A stretch of DNA of 64,000 nucleotides, from positions 2,944,001 through 3,008,000 of the forward strand of contig CAXXKJ010000002.1 of NCBI GenBank assembly GCA_963675295.2. Reading direction: 5' to 3'. Numbering within the stretch: position 1 is the stretch's first letter; each line of letters starts with the position of its first letter. This DNA is from a bacterium (lineage in GTDB: Bacteria > Electryoneota > Electryoneia > Electryoneales > Electryoneaceae). Made by a program: the position numbers and the translations under genes. Below, piece by piece: positions 9,765-21,579 of the stretch. The notes under the pieces were generated by a model that did not search any database, was not told the DNA's origin, and saw only the letters and a program-made list of their open reading frames with translations.

Positions 9765-12266
9765 ATGCGAACATTCACCTGCATGCTTCTCATTCTGTCA
9801 CTCCTCCCCATCACCCTTGTCGCCGAGGAAAGCTGGCCGCATCACGAAGTTGCGATCATCAACTGGAACGCTGCCATTACTCATGCTGACTACGACCTCG
9901 ATGGCGATGAGGACATCATCGAGATTGACCATGGGGGTGGGTTGTACGTCTGGGAAAACGATGGTTCGGCAACATTCGCACCCGGCGAACTGTTGGTCCT
10001 GCTCTCAGCTCCCTGGTCAACCACACCTGCAGATATGGACAACGATGGCGACCTCGACCTCGTTGTCAGCTATTCAGCAACTGGCGGTGTTAAAAGCATC
10101 GGATTAGTGCGAAATAACGATGGCGACTTCATTCTGGAGAATATCATCAGCGATGATGCGTTACCCAACTGGAGCAAAGTGGTTGACAAGGACAATGACG
10201 GTGATCTGGATATCTACTCGGACACCGGTGTGGCCATCCAGTGGCTGATCAATGATGGATCCGGCCAATTTACCGAACAACTTTTTGAGTTGCCGGTTAC
10301 GGATATCAATAGTCTACATTTCGCTGATATCGACAACGACGGCGATCTGGATTACTTCATGAATTCTGACTACGAGGGTGTGGATGGATTTCGTTGTTTC
10401 ATAAACGATGGTAATGATAACTACACGGTACACGTATTGTATTATTCGTCATGCAGAATCAAGGTTGTGCAACAAGATGGCGAACAATATGCGGATCTGT
10501 TCATTGTGAACGAAGACAGAATGTTTCGGTATCGATACAATGGTGTCGATTTCGATTCGGAAACTGTGTCTCTGACCTGTGACCTCGGTGCCGGCTGGAT
10601 GGAATTCGCTGACTTTGACCTTGACGGAATCAAAGAAATCGCCGTGTTCCATTACATAGGTGCAGTTCGTTGGTACCAACGTCTGGGCGATGACGACTAT
10701 CAGTGCTGGCAGATTGACAACTCAAACTACCTGGATCGTGCGGGATTCTTCGCCGATCTCGACGGTGATGGCGACGAGGACTTTGCCGCGACCGGCCAGG
10801 TCATTGGGATCGATGTCCATCTGTCATGGTGGGAGAACCCGGACTATCAGACCGGTGTCGATGTCGATGCCGCACTAACCGTAGATGGAACTGTCGAGCT
10901 CAGTTGGGTAGATCTGAATGCTTCACAATACCTTGTTCGACGGAATGGGCAGAACATCGCGTTGGTGACCGAAAACCACTACACCGACCAGCTTCCCCAC
11001 CATGTGCTCTACGAATACACGGTCACACCGAACCCGCAACTGCCCGACAGCAAACCGTCGTATCCCTGTGACGTGTTCTGGCCGGATGTTGACAACCTTG
11101 TTGTATTTGCTGATTTCGACAACGGATTGCCGCCATCGTGGACCATCGAGGAGGCTACCGGCACCCACACCTGGGAAGCGGGCATGGGACCGTCGGATAT
11201 CGAACTGGAGCTGTTCGATTCTCCGTGTATGTTTATTGGTACCGACTATTATGAGGAGGGTGATTGGAAAGGCCGGCTCCAGACCGGGACGCTGATCAAG
11301 GGAACGAACGACAGGGTTGAAGTCGGATTCGATCACATTTCCCGGTTCAGCCACCCCGATGTGGGTAAACTTATGTGTTCGCTGGACAACGGGGTGACGT
11401 GGACCGTCGTGGAATGCTATACCGACAACCTTGAACGCTATCAGTACTTCGAATTGACAGACGAACTGGCAGGCGCGACCGAGTTCAAGATCGGATTTGA
11501 TTTCTGGTCATCCGGTTATGACGTCTGGGCGATTGACAACGTCCTCGTGTCGGTGCAGGAACAACCGTTAGTCTTGGCCCTCACCCCACAGAACACAACC
11601 ATCCCGGAAGGCGGTGGTACGTTGGTCTACGATGCAGGGGTCATCTCGCAACTGGCTGCTCCGGTCAGCAACATCAGCTACTGGATCGAAATCGAACTGC
11701 CAACCGGCGACATAGTAGCACAGACAGTTCTCAGCGGCTTGACCCTGCCCGCGTTCGGGGATCTTACTGTTCCGGGCATCACATTGACTGTACCCGCCAA
11801 CGCTCCTGCAGGGGACTATGTGTTCACGGGGAGGCTTGGAAAACCGAACAACCCCTCGTTGCAGATTCATGATTCGTTCGGGTTCACGAAGCAGGGTAAC
11901 GTTACCGTGAACACCCTCTCCCCCGCACCAGATCAATGGGTATCCGGGAATCTTGACGGCTGGTTCGCCGGTGAACAGACTGGGATTACCTCTCTCCCCC
12001 GTGTATACGAGTTGGCTGCCCCGCACCCGAACCCATTCAACCCGACGACGACGGTGAGTGTGGCGTTGCCAACGGCTTCTGATTTGCATGTCGCTGTCTA
12101 CAATACCCTCGGCCAGACCATTGCGACGCTTGCGAGCAGACGTTTCGCAGCTGGGAAGCATCAGTTCGTGTTTGACGGATCGCAGTTGTCCAGCGGCGTG
12201 TATTTCGTGCACGCGGTCGTGCCGGGTGAGTTGAACCAGACGCGAAAGATCGTGCTGATGAAGTAA
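9765..12266 (+). CDS. Secreted FG-GAP/VCBS-repeat protein with Fn3-like and beta-sandwich modules and T9SS type-A-like CTD
   Basis: Signal peptide. Repeated D.D.DGD.D motifs. C-terminal HPNPFNP...VYNTLGQ...LSSGVYFV...RKIVLMK. Confidence 0.8.
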   Translation: MRTFTCMLLILSLLPITLVAEESWPHHEVAIINWNAAITHADYDLDGDEDIIEIDHGGGLYVWENDGSATFAPGELLVLLSAPWSTTPADMDNDGDLDLVVSYSATGGVKSIGLVRNNDGDFILENIISDDALPNWSKVVDKDNDGDLDIYSDTGVAIQWLINDGSGQFTEQLFELPVTDINSLHFADIDNDGDLDYFMNSDYEGVDGFRCFINDGNDNYTVHVLYYSSCRIKVVQQDGEQYADLFIVNEDRMFRYRYNGVDFDSETVSLTCDLGAGWMEFADFDLDGIKEIAVFHYIGAVRWYQRLGDDDYQCWQIDNSNYLDRAGFFADLDGDGDEDFAATGQVIGIDVHLSWWENPDYQTGVDVDAALTVDGTVELSWVDLNASQYLVRRNGQNIALVTENHYTDQLPHHVLYEYTVTPNPQLPDSKPSYPCDVFWPDVDNLVVFADFDNGLPPSWTIEEATGTHTWEAGMGPSDIELELFDSPCMFIGTDYYEEGDWKGRLQTGTLIKGTNDRVEVGFDHISRFSHPDVGKLMCSLDNGVTWTVVECYTDNLERYQYFELTDELAGATEFKIGFDFWSSGYDVWAIDNVLVSVQEQPLVLALTPQNTTIPEGGGTLVYDAGVISQLAAPVSNISYWIEIELPTGDIVAQTVLSGLTLPAFGDLTVPGITLTVPANAPAGDYVFTGRLGKPNNPSLQIHDSFGFTKQGNVTVNTLSPAPDQWVSGNLDGWFAGEQTGITSLPRVYELAAPHPNPFNPTTTVSVALPTASDLHVAVYNTLGQTIATLASRRFAAGKHQFVFDGSQLSSGVYFVHAVVPGELNQTRKIVLMK

Positions 12267-12294
12267 GCAATACACGAATAGCTGGACTTACGAG

Positions 12295-12327
12295 AAAGGG
12301 GATCATCTGAGTTCGACGATCCCCTTT
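12295..12327. terminator. Bidirectional terminator between convergent FG-GAP gene and katG
   Basis: AAAGGGGATC-N13-GATCCCCTTT. Confidence 0.75.
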
Positions 12328-12352
12328 GTAAATCTGCGCAGTGTGTTTCAGC

Positions 12353-14575
<2,223 letters not shown>

Positions 14576-15003
14576 TCAGCGTGCCAAATGTTGTATGCCT
14601 TGAGTGCAATCGGGATGCTGCCTCATCGAGCATCCGCATCTTGATCGTACTTGAATTGAAGTAAGAATCTATCCGATTTAGGATTTGTTTTCAAGTGTTC
14701 AATAGAAAAAGCGCTCCGAGTTCGGGAGTGTAAGAGGTGTGTACGCTCGTGGGCGAAATCAGGGCAAGGGAAAAGTTGGCGAGGTTTAGCGATGAGAGGT
14801 TGTGAACGAAGAAATCGAATGGGAACGCATGGGTTCCCCAGGGCAGTATCGCGCGCAGGCCACGATCCGCCGAACAGAGAGATGCCCTGTATTAATCCCC
14901 GGGAATATCAAGGAGATACGAGACGATGCCCCCAGAAACACGAGAACCGGACATCGTTGCCCGGTCGAGTCAGTCGCTACAAGCTATCCGTTGTCGATGG
15001 AAT

Positions 15004-15606
15004 CTACAGCAGTTGCCGCACCATGCCTTCCAACTCACCACCGCGTGGTTTGTCGCTACTCTCAAAGCGGGCGACGAGGTTGCCTTCCCGATCAAGGAGG
15101 AACTTGTTGAAGTTCCAGCTGATCTCACCGGGCAGCGGTGAACTCTCAGTCAGGTATTCGTACAACGGGTGCTTATCCTTCCCCTTGACGCTGATCTTAG
15201 CCATCATCGGGAAGGTGACATCATACTCAGTGGTACAAAACTCGAGGATTTCCTGATTCGTACCGGGTTCCTGGCCCATGAAATTGTTGGCCGGGAAACC
15301 GATAATCACGAGTCCTTTATCGTTGTAGGTTTCGTACAGCGACTGCAACCCCTCGTATTGAGAGGTGAAGCCACATTTGGAAGCCACATTGACCAGCACC
15401 ACCAACTTACCGTTGTAAGCACGCAGGGTGGTAGTATCCCCATGAATCGTCTCGATCGGATAATCCAGATAGGACTGTTCCTGGTTTACCTCGGGGTTGC
15501 TGACCACTTCGTCCTCCGCCTGCAGACGGTTTACAAAAATGGCAGCACACATGATGCCGAGGGCCAGAGAAAGCAGGCCTAGCGCAAAACGTGTCCCGTT
15601 ATTCAC
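15004..15606 (-). CDS. Glutathione peroxidase family protein, exported, Cys-type
   Basis: VNVASKCGFT, GFPANNFMGQEPG, ISWNFNKFL. N-terminal hydrophobic signal. The catalytic codon is TGT, not TGA. Confidence 0.92.
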   Translation of the reverse strand: MNNGTRFALGLLSLALGIMCAAIFVNRLQAEDEVVSNPEVNQEQSYLDYPIETIHGDTTTLRAYNGKLVVLVNVASKCGFTSQYEGLQSLYETYNDKGLVIIGFPANNFMGQEPGTNQEILEFCTTEYDVTFPMMAKISVKGKDKHPLYEYLTESSPLPGEISWNFNKFLLDREGNLVARFESSDKPRGGELEGMVRQLL

Positions 15607-16044
15607 TTCTCCTCCTCACAACAGGCATCGTGGTTACGCCCTCCTCGCCCACGATGTACAGCTTGACGTTTCTATCCTTTTCGCCCAAGGATTTACAATG
15701 TTGTTCCGCGCGGACGTAACTTGCACACGGTACGTCAGCTTGATTGTGCGCGGACGCACTTCTGTCCTTCTCTGTTCCCTGCCGGGGATATTGTCACAGC
15801 AACCCGTGGATGGTTTAATACGTGTACTGGGAGTGCTAAATGTAATGCCGTTACACCAAGAAAGTCCAATTTCACAAATTATCGAAGTTGTAGAAAAACA
15901 CCAAGGTCCAAAGTTGACTTGCTCGGAGCACTCATGCTCACAGCCGTGGCGCAGTGTAAACGAAATTGCCCGACAATTGTTTGTTACTTGTGGCTGTTCG
16001 TGTTAGGAGTTCCTTTCACCCCACAGATTGGAGTCGCTCAACGC

Positions 16045-17934
16045 ATGCCCCGTTACGCACAAACCGTCCACGCACCAGAAATTCCGTCGAACCTGGAATG
16101 GCTCAACACGGATCGGAAACTGTCTCTCTCGGATCTGCACGGCAAGGTCGTCCTGCTCGATTTCTGGACGTACTGCTGCATCAACTGTCAGCATGTACTC
16201 CCGAAACTGGCACATCTGGAGGAGAAATACGGTGACGCACTGGTGGTCGTGGGGGTGCACTCCGCAAAATTTCAAGATGAAGGGGCCAGCGAAAACATCC
16301 GCCAGGCGATCCTTCGCCACAACATTCAGCATCCGGTTGTCAATGACCGTCAGTTTCAAGTCTGGAAAAACTACGCCATCCGGGCATGGCCCACAATGGT
16401 CTTGATCGATCCGGACGGCTATGTGGTGTCCACGGAGTCCGGGGAGTCCGCGCCGGACAAATTCGACCCGTGGATCGCCGGTTTGATCGAGCATTTTGAC
16501 GAACAGGGGAAGCTCGATCGGACACCGTTAAACCTGACCAAAGAGAAAGACTTAGCACCGGATAACTTGCTGGCGTTTCCGAGCAAAATCCGTGTTGATG
16601 AAACAAGTGGCAGGCTGTTCATCGCCGACTCGAATCACAACCGGATCGTGGTCGTAAACAGAGCCACCGGAGAGGTGCTCCAGTTGATCGGGTCCGGCGA
16701 GGCAGGGTTGCGTGATGGAAAGTTCGGCGAGGCACAATTCAATCATCCGCAGGGCATGGAGTTGATCGAGGACGTACTCTACATCGCGGACACGCAGAAT
16801 CACGTTCTCCGTGCGGTCGATCTGGACAAGGAAGCTGTCACAACCGTTGCCGGAACCGGCCAGCAGGGCGGATATGGCCACGGTACAGGCCGTGCGTTGG
16901 ACACTCCGTTGGCGAGCCCGTGGGATCTGGTCTGGGACGGTGACCGGTTGTACATCGCGATGGCCGGCCCGCACCAGTTGTGGTATTACGATCCGGCGAC
17001 GAAGCAAGTCGGTGTCTGGGCTGGAACCGGGCAGGAAGACCTGATCGACGCGCCGTTGCTGAATGCCGCCCTCGCCCAACCCAGCGGGGTCACCTATGAT
17101 GGCCGCAACTGGATTTTCTTCGTCGACAGCGAAGTGTCGGCCATCCGTGGCGCACAAACGGACGCCGGCGGGCTCGTCAACACGGTGATCGGACATGGCC
17201 TGTTCGAGTTCGGCGACATCGATGGAGATCGGTTGAAAGCCCGCCTGCAGCATCCGCTCGGGGTATCGTACTACGACGGGCTGCTCTACGTCGCGGACAC
17301 ATACAACAACAAGATCAAGGTCGTCGATCCCGGCGAACGGACCTCACACACCTGGGCCGGAACCGGCATCGGCGGACTTAAGGACGGCCCGAAAGCCAAG
17401 GCCCGATTTGACGAACCGGGCGGGATCGACGTCGCGGACGACGGTACGGTGTATGTCGCCGACACCAACAACCACGCCATCCGTGTGATCGATCCGGATA
17501 GCGGTGAGGTACGCACGCTCGCGTTGACCGGTTTGACGAAGATGATGCCGCAGACCGAATCCATCGACGTGTACAACGCGATCACGTTGCCGGAGCAGGC
17601 TGTCAGCCCCGCGACCCGCACGCTCGAGATCGGCATGACCTTCCCGGACGGCTACAAGCTCAATGCCGCAGGCGGGTTGCAGCTGATGCTGGAGGGTGCA
17701 TCTGCGAATCCAGACGACCTGTTTACGACGCATGTTCCGGTGTCGGTTCCAGTCACGCTGGACAAAGGCGTGTCCGAGCTGATTGTCAGTTTCTCGTTCG
17801 TGTATTGCCGGGTCGACAACGAGGGTCTGTGCTATTTCGGCGATCAGGTTGCCCGGATTCCGCTCGTTTGGAGTGAAAATGCTTCGGCGTCCGCCACGCT
17901 TCCGCTGCAGATGGTGGTTGATCACGCCGACTAG
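16045..17934 (+). CDS. Thioredoxin-like + NHL-repeat protein (NHLRC2/SOQ1-like)
   Basis: LDFWTYCCINC, GVHSAKF, AWPT, followed by NHL repeats (FIADSNHNRI, YIADTQNH, YVADTYNNKIK, YVADTNNHAIR). Start inferred at ATG 16045 from a GGAG upstream; the ORF extends to 15721. Confidence 0.88.
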   Translation: MPRYAQTVHAPEIPSNLEWLNTDRKLSLSDLHGKVVLLDFWTYCCINCQHVLPKLAHLEEKYGDALVVVGVHSAKFQDEGASENIRQAILRHNIQHPVVNDRQFQVWKNYAIRAWPTMVLIDPDGYVVSTESGESAPDKFDPWIAGLIEHFDEQGKLDRTPLNLTKEKDLAPDNLLAFPSKIRVDETSGRLFIADSNHNRIVVVNRATGEVLQLIGSGEAGLRDGKFGEAQFNHPQGMELIEDVLYIADTQNHVLRAVDLDKEAVTTVAGTGQQGGYGHGTGRALDTPLASPWDLVWDGDRLYIAMAGPHQLWYYDPATKQVGVWAGTGQEDLIDAPLLNAALAQPSGVTYDGRNWIFFVDSEVSAIRGAQTDAGGLVNTVIGHGLFEFGDIDGDRLKARLQHPLGVSYYDGLLYVADTYNNKIKVVDPGERTSHTWAGTGIGGLKDGPKAKARFDEPGGIDVADDGTVYVADTNNHAIRVIDPDSGEVRTLALTGLTKMMPQTESIDVYNAITLPEQAVSPATRTLEIGMTFPDGYKLNAAGGLQLMLEGASANPDDLFTTHVPVSVPVTLDKGVSELIVSFSFVYCRVDNEGLCYFGDQVARIPLVWSENASASATLPLQMVVDHAD

Positions 17935-18035
17935 TCAGGAGTATTTCCCGGTGTGTGCCTCATTGCGAGAGGCAGGGATTGGATAGTACCCTCCGTCACG
18001 AAAAAGCCGCACATGATTGACGACGGGAGACCTTG

Positions 18036-19355
18036 ATGCCTTGCATTGGAATGCGGTTGGAAACCAAGTCCAACCTCGAACGGCGTGCGCCGTTAACTCC
18101 GGACGATGTCCGTGATATGTTACTGATTGACGGGATGGAAATCATTGTCCAGCCTTCCCCGTACCGTGTTTTCACGGATGACGAATACGCTGCTGCCGGT
18201 GCGACGATCTCGGAGGATATCTCGGGATGCGATTTCATCCTCGGGATCAAGGAAGTCAAGGAACCGTACCTGCACCCGGGCAAGCCGCACCTGTTTTTCT
18301 CGCATGTGATCAAAGGCCAGCCGTACAACATGTCGATGATGCGGGCGATCCTGGACAAGAAAGTGACCCTGTTGGATTACGAAAAGGTCACCGACGAACG
18401 CGGCATCCGGCTGATCGCGTTCTCATTCCAGGCCGGCCAGGCGGGCATGGTGAACGGTCTGTGGTCGTTGGGCCAGCGGTACAAAGCGATGGGATACGAT
18501 ACACCGTTGGCGAACCTGAAGCAGGCATCGGCATATGAGGGCGGTCTGCCGGAAGCGAAGGCGGCGATTGCCGAGGCCGGCGCGAAGATCCAGCAGTTCG
18601 GCCTGCCGAAGGAGATCAGCCCGGTGGTGATCGGAATTACCGGAGGTCCGGGCCGCGTCAGCCTTGGCGCGCAGGATGTGCTGGCGGCGTTGAATCCAAC
18701 GAACCTCTCCCCTGCCGAATTGCATTACAAGCCGATGCGGGATGTGTTGACCAACGATCAGGTCTACCAGGTTGTGTTCGACATGCCGGACTTCCTCCGC
18801 CGCAGCGACGGCCAACCCTACGAGTTCCAGGATTACCTCGCGAATCCGGATCAGTACGAGGGCTTTATGAACGAGTCGTTGCCGTTCGTGAGCATGCTGG
18901 TCAATGGGATTTACTGGGAAGAGCGCTACCCGAAGCTGGTTACGCTCGAGATGCTGCGAGCCATGTTCGCGGACGGCAAGCAGCCGAAGCTGACCGTGAT
19001 TTCGGACGTCACCTGCGATGTCGAGGGCAGCATCGAGAGCACCAAGGTCGCGACATTGCCGGACAAGCCAGTGTATGTCTACAAGCCGGACACGGACGAG
19101 ATCGTGTATGGCTTCGACGGCCCGGGCCTTCAGATGATGACGGTGGACATTCTCCCGACCGAGATCCCGCGTGAATCCAGCGAACAGTTCGGCATTATGC
19201 TGAAACCGTTCCTGCCAGCGCTTGCGGGTGCGGATTACTCCGTTCCGTTCGAGGAATTGGATCTCCCGCCGGAGTTCAAGCGTGCGCTGATTGCACACCA
19301 GGGAGAGTTGACCCCGGATTACAAGTATATCGAGGATTTTTTGAAGGAAAGCTGA
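18036..19355 (+). CDS. Stand-alone lysine-ketoglutarate reductase / saccharopine dehydrogenase-like protein (AlaDh/PNT fold)
   Basis: ERRAPLTP, QPS..RVF.D.EY..AGA, G.KEV, FFSHVIKGQPYNM, L.DYE, NGIYWE, DVTCDVEGSIE, VDILPTEIPRESSEQF. Confidence 0.82.
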   Translation: MPCIGMRLETKSNLERRAPLTPDDVRDMLLIDGMEIIVQPSPYRVFTDDEYAAAGATISEDISGCDFILGIKEVKEPYLHPGKPHLFFSHVIKGQPYNMSMMRAILDKKVTLLDYEKVTDERGIRLIAFSFQAGQAGMVNGLWSLGQRYKAMGYDTPLANLKQASAYEGGLPEAKAAIAEAGAKIQQFGLPKEISPVVIGITGGPGRVSLGAQDVLAALNPTNLSPAELHYKPMRDVLTNDQVYQVVFDMPDFLRRSDGQPYEFQDYLANPDQYEGFMNESLPFVSMLVNGIYWEERYPKLVTLEMLRAMFADGKQPKLTVISDVTCDVEGSIESTKVATLPDKPVYVYKPDTDEIVYGFDGPGLQMMTVDILPTEIPRESSEQFGIMLKPFLPALAGADYSVPFEELDLPPEFKRALIAHQGELTPDYKYIEDFLKES

Positions 19356-20020
19356 TGGCAAAAGAGATGATTCACTTGTTACCTGACGAATTGAACCAGT
19401 ACATCGAAGATCATTTGCCCGATCGGCCGGACGTCTTCCACGAGATGGAGAAGCTGGCCGCGGAGAAGAAGTTTCCGATCATCGGGCCGCAGGTTGGCCA
19501 ATGCCTCAAGCTGCTGGCTTTGTCGATCAACGCGAAGCGTGTGTTCGAACTCGGCTCCGGGTATGGGTACTCGGCGTTGTGGTTTGCGCTTGGCATGCCG
19601 GATGAAGGGCAGATTGTGCTCACCGATGAGCGTGAGGACAACCTCAAGCAGGCGGAAGACTTCATGAGCCGCCTGTGGCAGAATGGCAAGGCGGAGTTCC
19701 TCGCCGGAAACGCGCTGGATCATTTCCGCGCGGCCAAGGGCGAGTGGGATATCGTCTTCAACGACATCGACAAGGAACAGTACCCGGACACGATCGAGCT
19801 GGCCTACGAAAAGCTGCGTCCCGGCGGTTTCTTTGTCACCGACAACGTGCTCTGGGGCGGGACGGTGGTCAACGACCATTCGCACCCATCCACCAAGGGC
19901 ATTCTCGAGTTTAACAAGCGGTTGCGCGAACATCCGGGCTTCGAGAACGCGATCCTGCCGGTACGTGACGGTCTCGCGTTGGCACGGAAGGTCACGAACG
20001 ATGACTGGAAACCCTGGTAG
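19355..20020 (+). CDS. SAM-dependent O-methyltransferase (YrrM/CCoAOMT-like)
   Basis: [47 protein letters not shown] coupling with the upstream gene. Confidence 0.88.
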   Translation: MAKEMIHLLPDELNQYIEDHLPDRPDVFHEMEKLAAEKKFPIIGPQVGQCLKLLALSINAKRVFELGSGYGYSALWFALGMPDEGQIVLTDEREDNLKQAEDFMSRLWQNGKAEFLAGNALDHFRAAKGEWDIVFNDIDKEQYPDTIELAYEKLRPGGFFVTDNVLWGGTVVNDHSHPSTKGILEFNKRLREHPGFENAILPVRDGLALARKVTNDDWKPW

Positions 20021-20043
20021 CCGACACACGAAGGAACGATTCG

Positions 20044-20253
20044 ATGGCCATCGAGATGTACAAGCCGGGTGAGGGTGACGGCAAGGACATGCGTCCCTTC
20101 CGCTGTGTGGTTTGCGGATACGTGTACGGCCCGAAGGTGGGTGATCCGGAGAACAACATTCCGCCGGGGACCGCGTTCGGCGACCTTCCGGATGACTGGC
20201 TCTGCCCTCTCTGCGGCGCGGGCAAATCGTTGTTCACGGCGGTCGAGGAGTAG
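20044..20253 (+). CDS. Rubredoxin
   Basis: [11 protein letters not shown]....IPPGTAF.DLPDDW.CPLCGA.K..F. Confidence 0.93.
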   Translation: MAIEMYKPGEGDGKDMRPFRCVVCGYVYGPKVGDPENNIPPGTAFGDLPDDWLCPLCGAGKSLFTAVEE

Positions 20254-20495
20254 CGAATCCCGGCGTTGACTCGCAGTCTATAAGCCCCTGTACGCGGACG
20301 CTGCAGGGGTTTGTTCGCTGTATTTTGCGAGTTACAAACTCTTGCTCCAGACCGGGGTGAGTGTCCGGCGGTTTCATTGCCTTCAAACTTAGGCAAGACT
20401 ATCTTTGCCGCAACTGGTAAACAACAGCGGCGACAAGATCCCGTCCCGCACTGCGGAACGGGTTTTGTATCTCCGCCAGAAGGAAAGGAGTGGAC

Positions 20496-21566
20496 ATGCC
20501 GAGCAAGGTCATTGCACGGTTTGACGTGTCCTACCTGCAGATTCTTGATGAAAACGGCAAGGTGGACAAGGGGCTTGAACCGAAGCTCCCGAAGGAAAAA
20601 CTGCTCGAGATGTACCGTGTCATGATGCGCGCGCGTCGTCTCGATGAACGTTTGCTGAAGATGCAGCGCCAGGGCCGTGTCGGCACATTGCCGGTCAGCG
20701 TTGGCCAGGAAGCTTCTTCCGGCGCCGCTGCGATGGCGATGGCCGAAGAGGACTGGTTTGTCGGCTCGTACCGTGAGGTCGCCGGCCGTCTCGCCATGGG
20801 CGAGGCGATGCACAAACCGATGTTGATTTACGGCGGCTTCGAGGAAGGCAATTACAATGAGGACATCCCGCGGCTGATGCCGTTGGCGGTGATCCTCGGT
20901 TCACAGATCCCGCACGCTGTCGGCATTGCCTATGCCAGCAAGCTGCGTGGCGAAAAGAGTGCGGTGCTCGCGTTTAACGGTGACGGCGCGGCCTCGGAAG
21001 GCGACTGGCACGAAGCGTTGAACTTCGCCAGCGTCTGGAAAGCCCCGTCGGTGTTTGTTGTGCAGAACAACCACTGGGCGATTTCGACGCCGTTGAGCAA
21101 GCAGATGGCCAGCGAGACGATTGCGCAGCGTGGCATCGCGTATGGTATGCCGTGCCTGCAGGTGGACGGCAACGACGCCCTTGCAGTGTACAAGGCGACG
21201 AAGGAAGCGCTCGACCGTGCCCGCAAGGGCGAAGGCCCGACGCTGATCGAAGCCCTCACCTACCGCATGCTGATGCACACCACGGCGGACGATCCAAAGA
21301 AGTACCGTTCGGATGAGGAAGCCGAGGAGTGGAAGAAGCGTGACCCGATCACCCGCTTCAAGATCTACCTCGAAGGCAAAAAGCTTTGGGACGACAAGAA
21401 AGAAGCTGAACTCGAGGAAGAGATCAAGCAGGAAATCGACGCAGCCGTGAAGTATTACGAGAACTTCAAGGAGTTCAAGCTGGATCAGCCGTTTGATCAC
21501 CAGTTTGGCACCGAGGTCGCGTCCCTGGTCGAACAGCGTGCAGAATACAACAAGTACGCGCGGTAA
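20496..21566 (+). CDS. pdhA: 2-oxoacid (pyruvate) dehydrogenase E1 alpha
   Basis: GQEA, TPP motif GDGAASEGDWHEALNFA...QNN.WAIS, HTTADDP..YR. AAGGAG RBS. Confidence 0.92.
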   Translation: MPSKVIARFDVSYLQILDENGKVDKGLEPKLPKEKLLEMYRVMMRARRLDERLLKMQRQGRVGTLPVSVGQEASSGAAAMAMAEEDWFVGSYREVAGRLAMGEAMHKPMLIYGGFEEGNYNEDIPRLMPLAVILGSQIPHAVGIAYASKLRGEKSAVLAFNGDGAASEGDWHEALNFASVWKAPSVFVVQNNHWAISTPLSKQMASETIAQRGIAYGMPCLQVDGNDALAVYKATKEALDRARKGEGPTLIEALTYRMLMHTTADDPKKYRSDEEAEEWKKRDPITRFKIYLEGKKLWDDKKEAELEEEIKQEIDAAVKYYENFKEFKLDQPFDHQFGTEVASLVEQRAEYNKYAR

Positions 21567-21579
21567 GGAGGATTGATCA

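Noticed and set aside
14678-14694. PerR/Fur-like box upstream of katG (TTAGGATTTGTTTTCAA)
   Set aside because: Only one half-site resembles the consensus; too weak to call.
14792-15256. Small + strand ORFs between katG and gpx
   Set aside because: They overlap gpx antisense, have no motifs, and include the likely gpx terminator hairpin.
15370-15380. Selenocysteine in glutathione peroxidase
   Set aside because: The active-site codon is TGT (Cys), with no in-frame TGA.
15721-16044. N-terminal 108 aa of the 737-aa ORF
   Set aside because: TTG start without RBS, atypical Cys/Arg-rich composition, and it lies in a divergent promoter region. Homology begins near ATG 16045.
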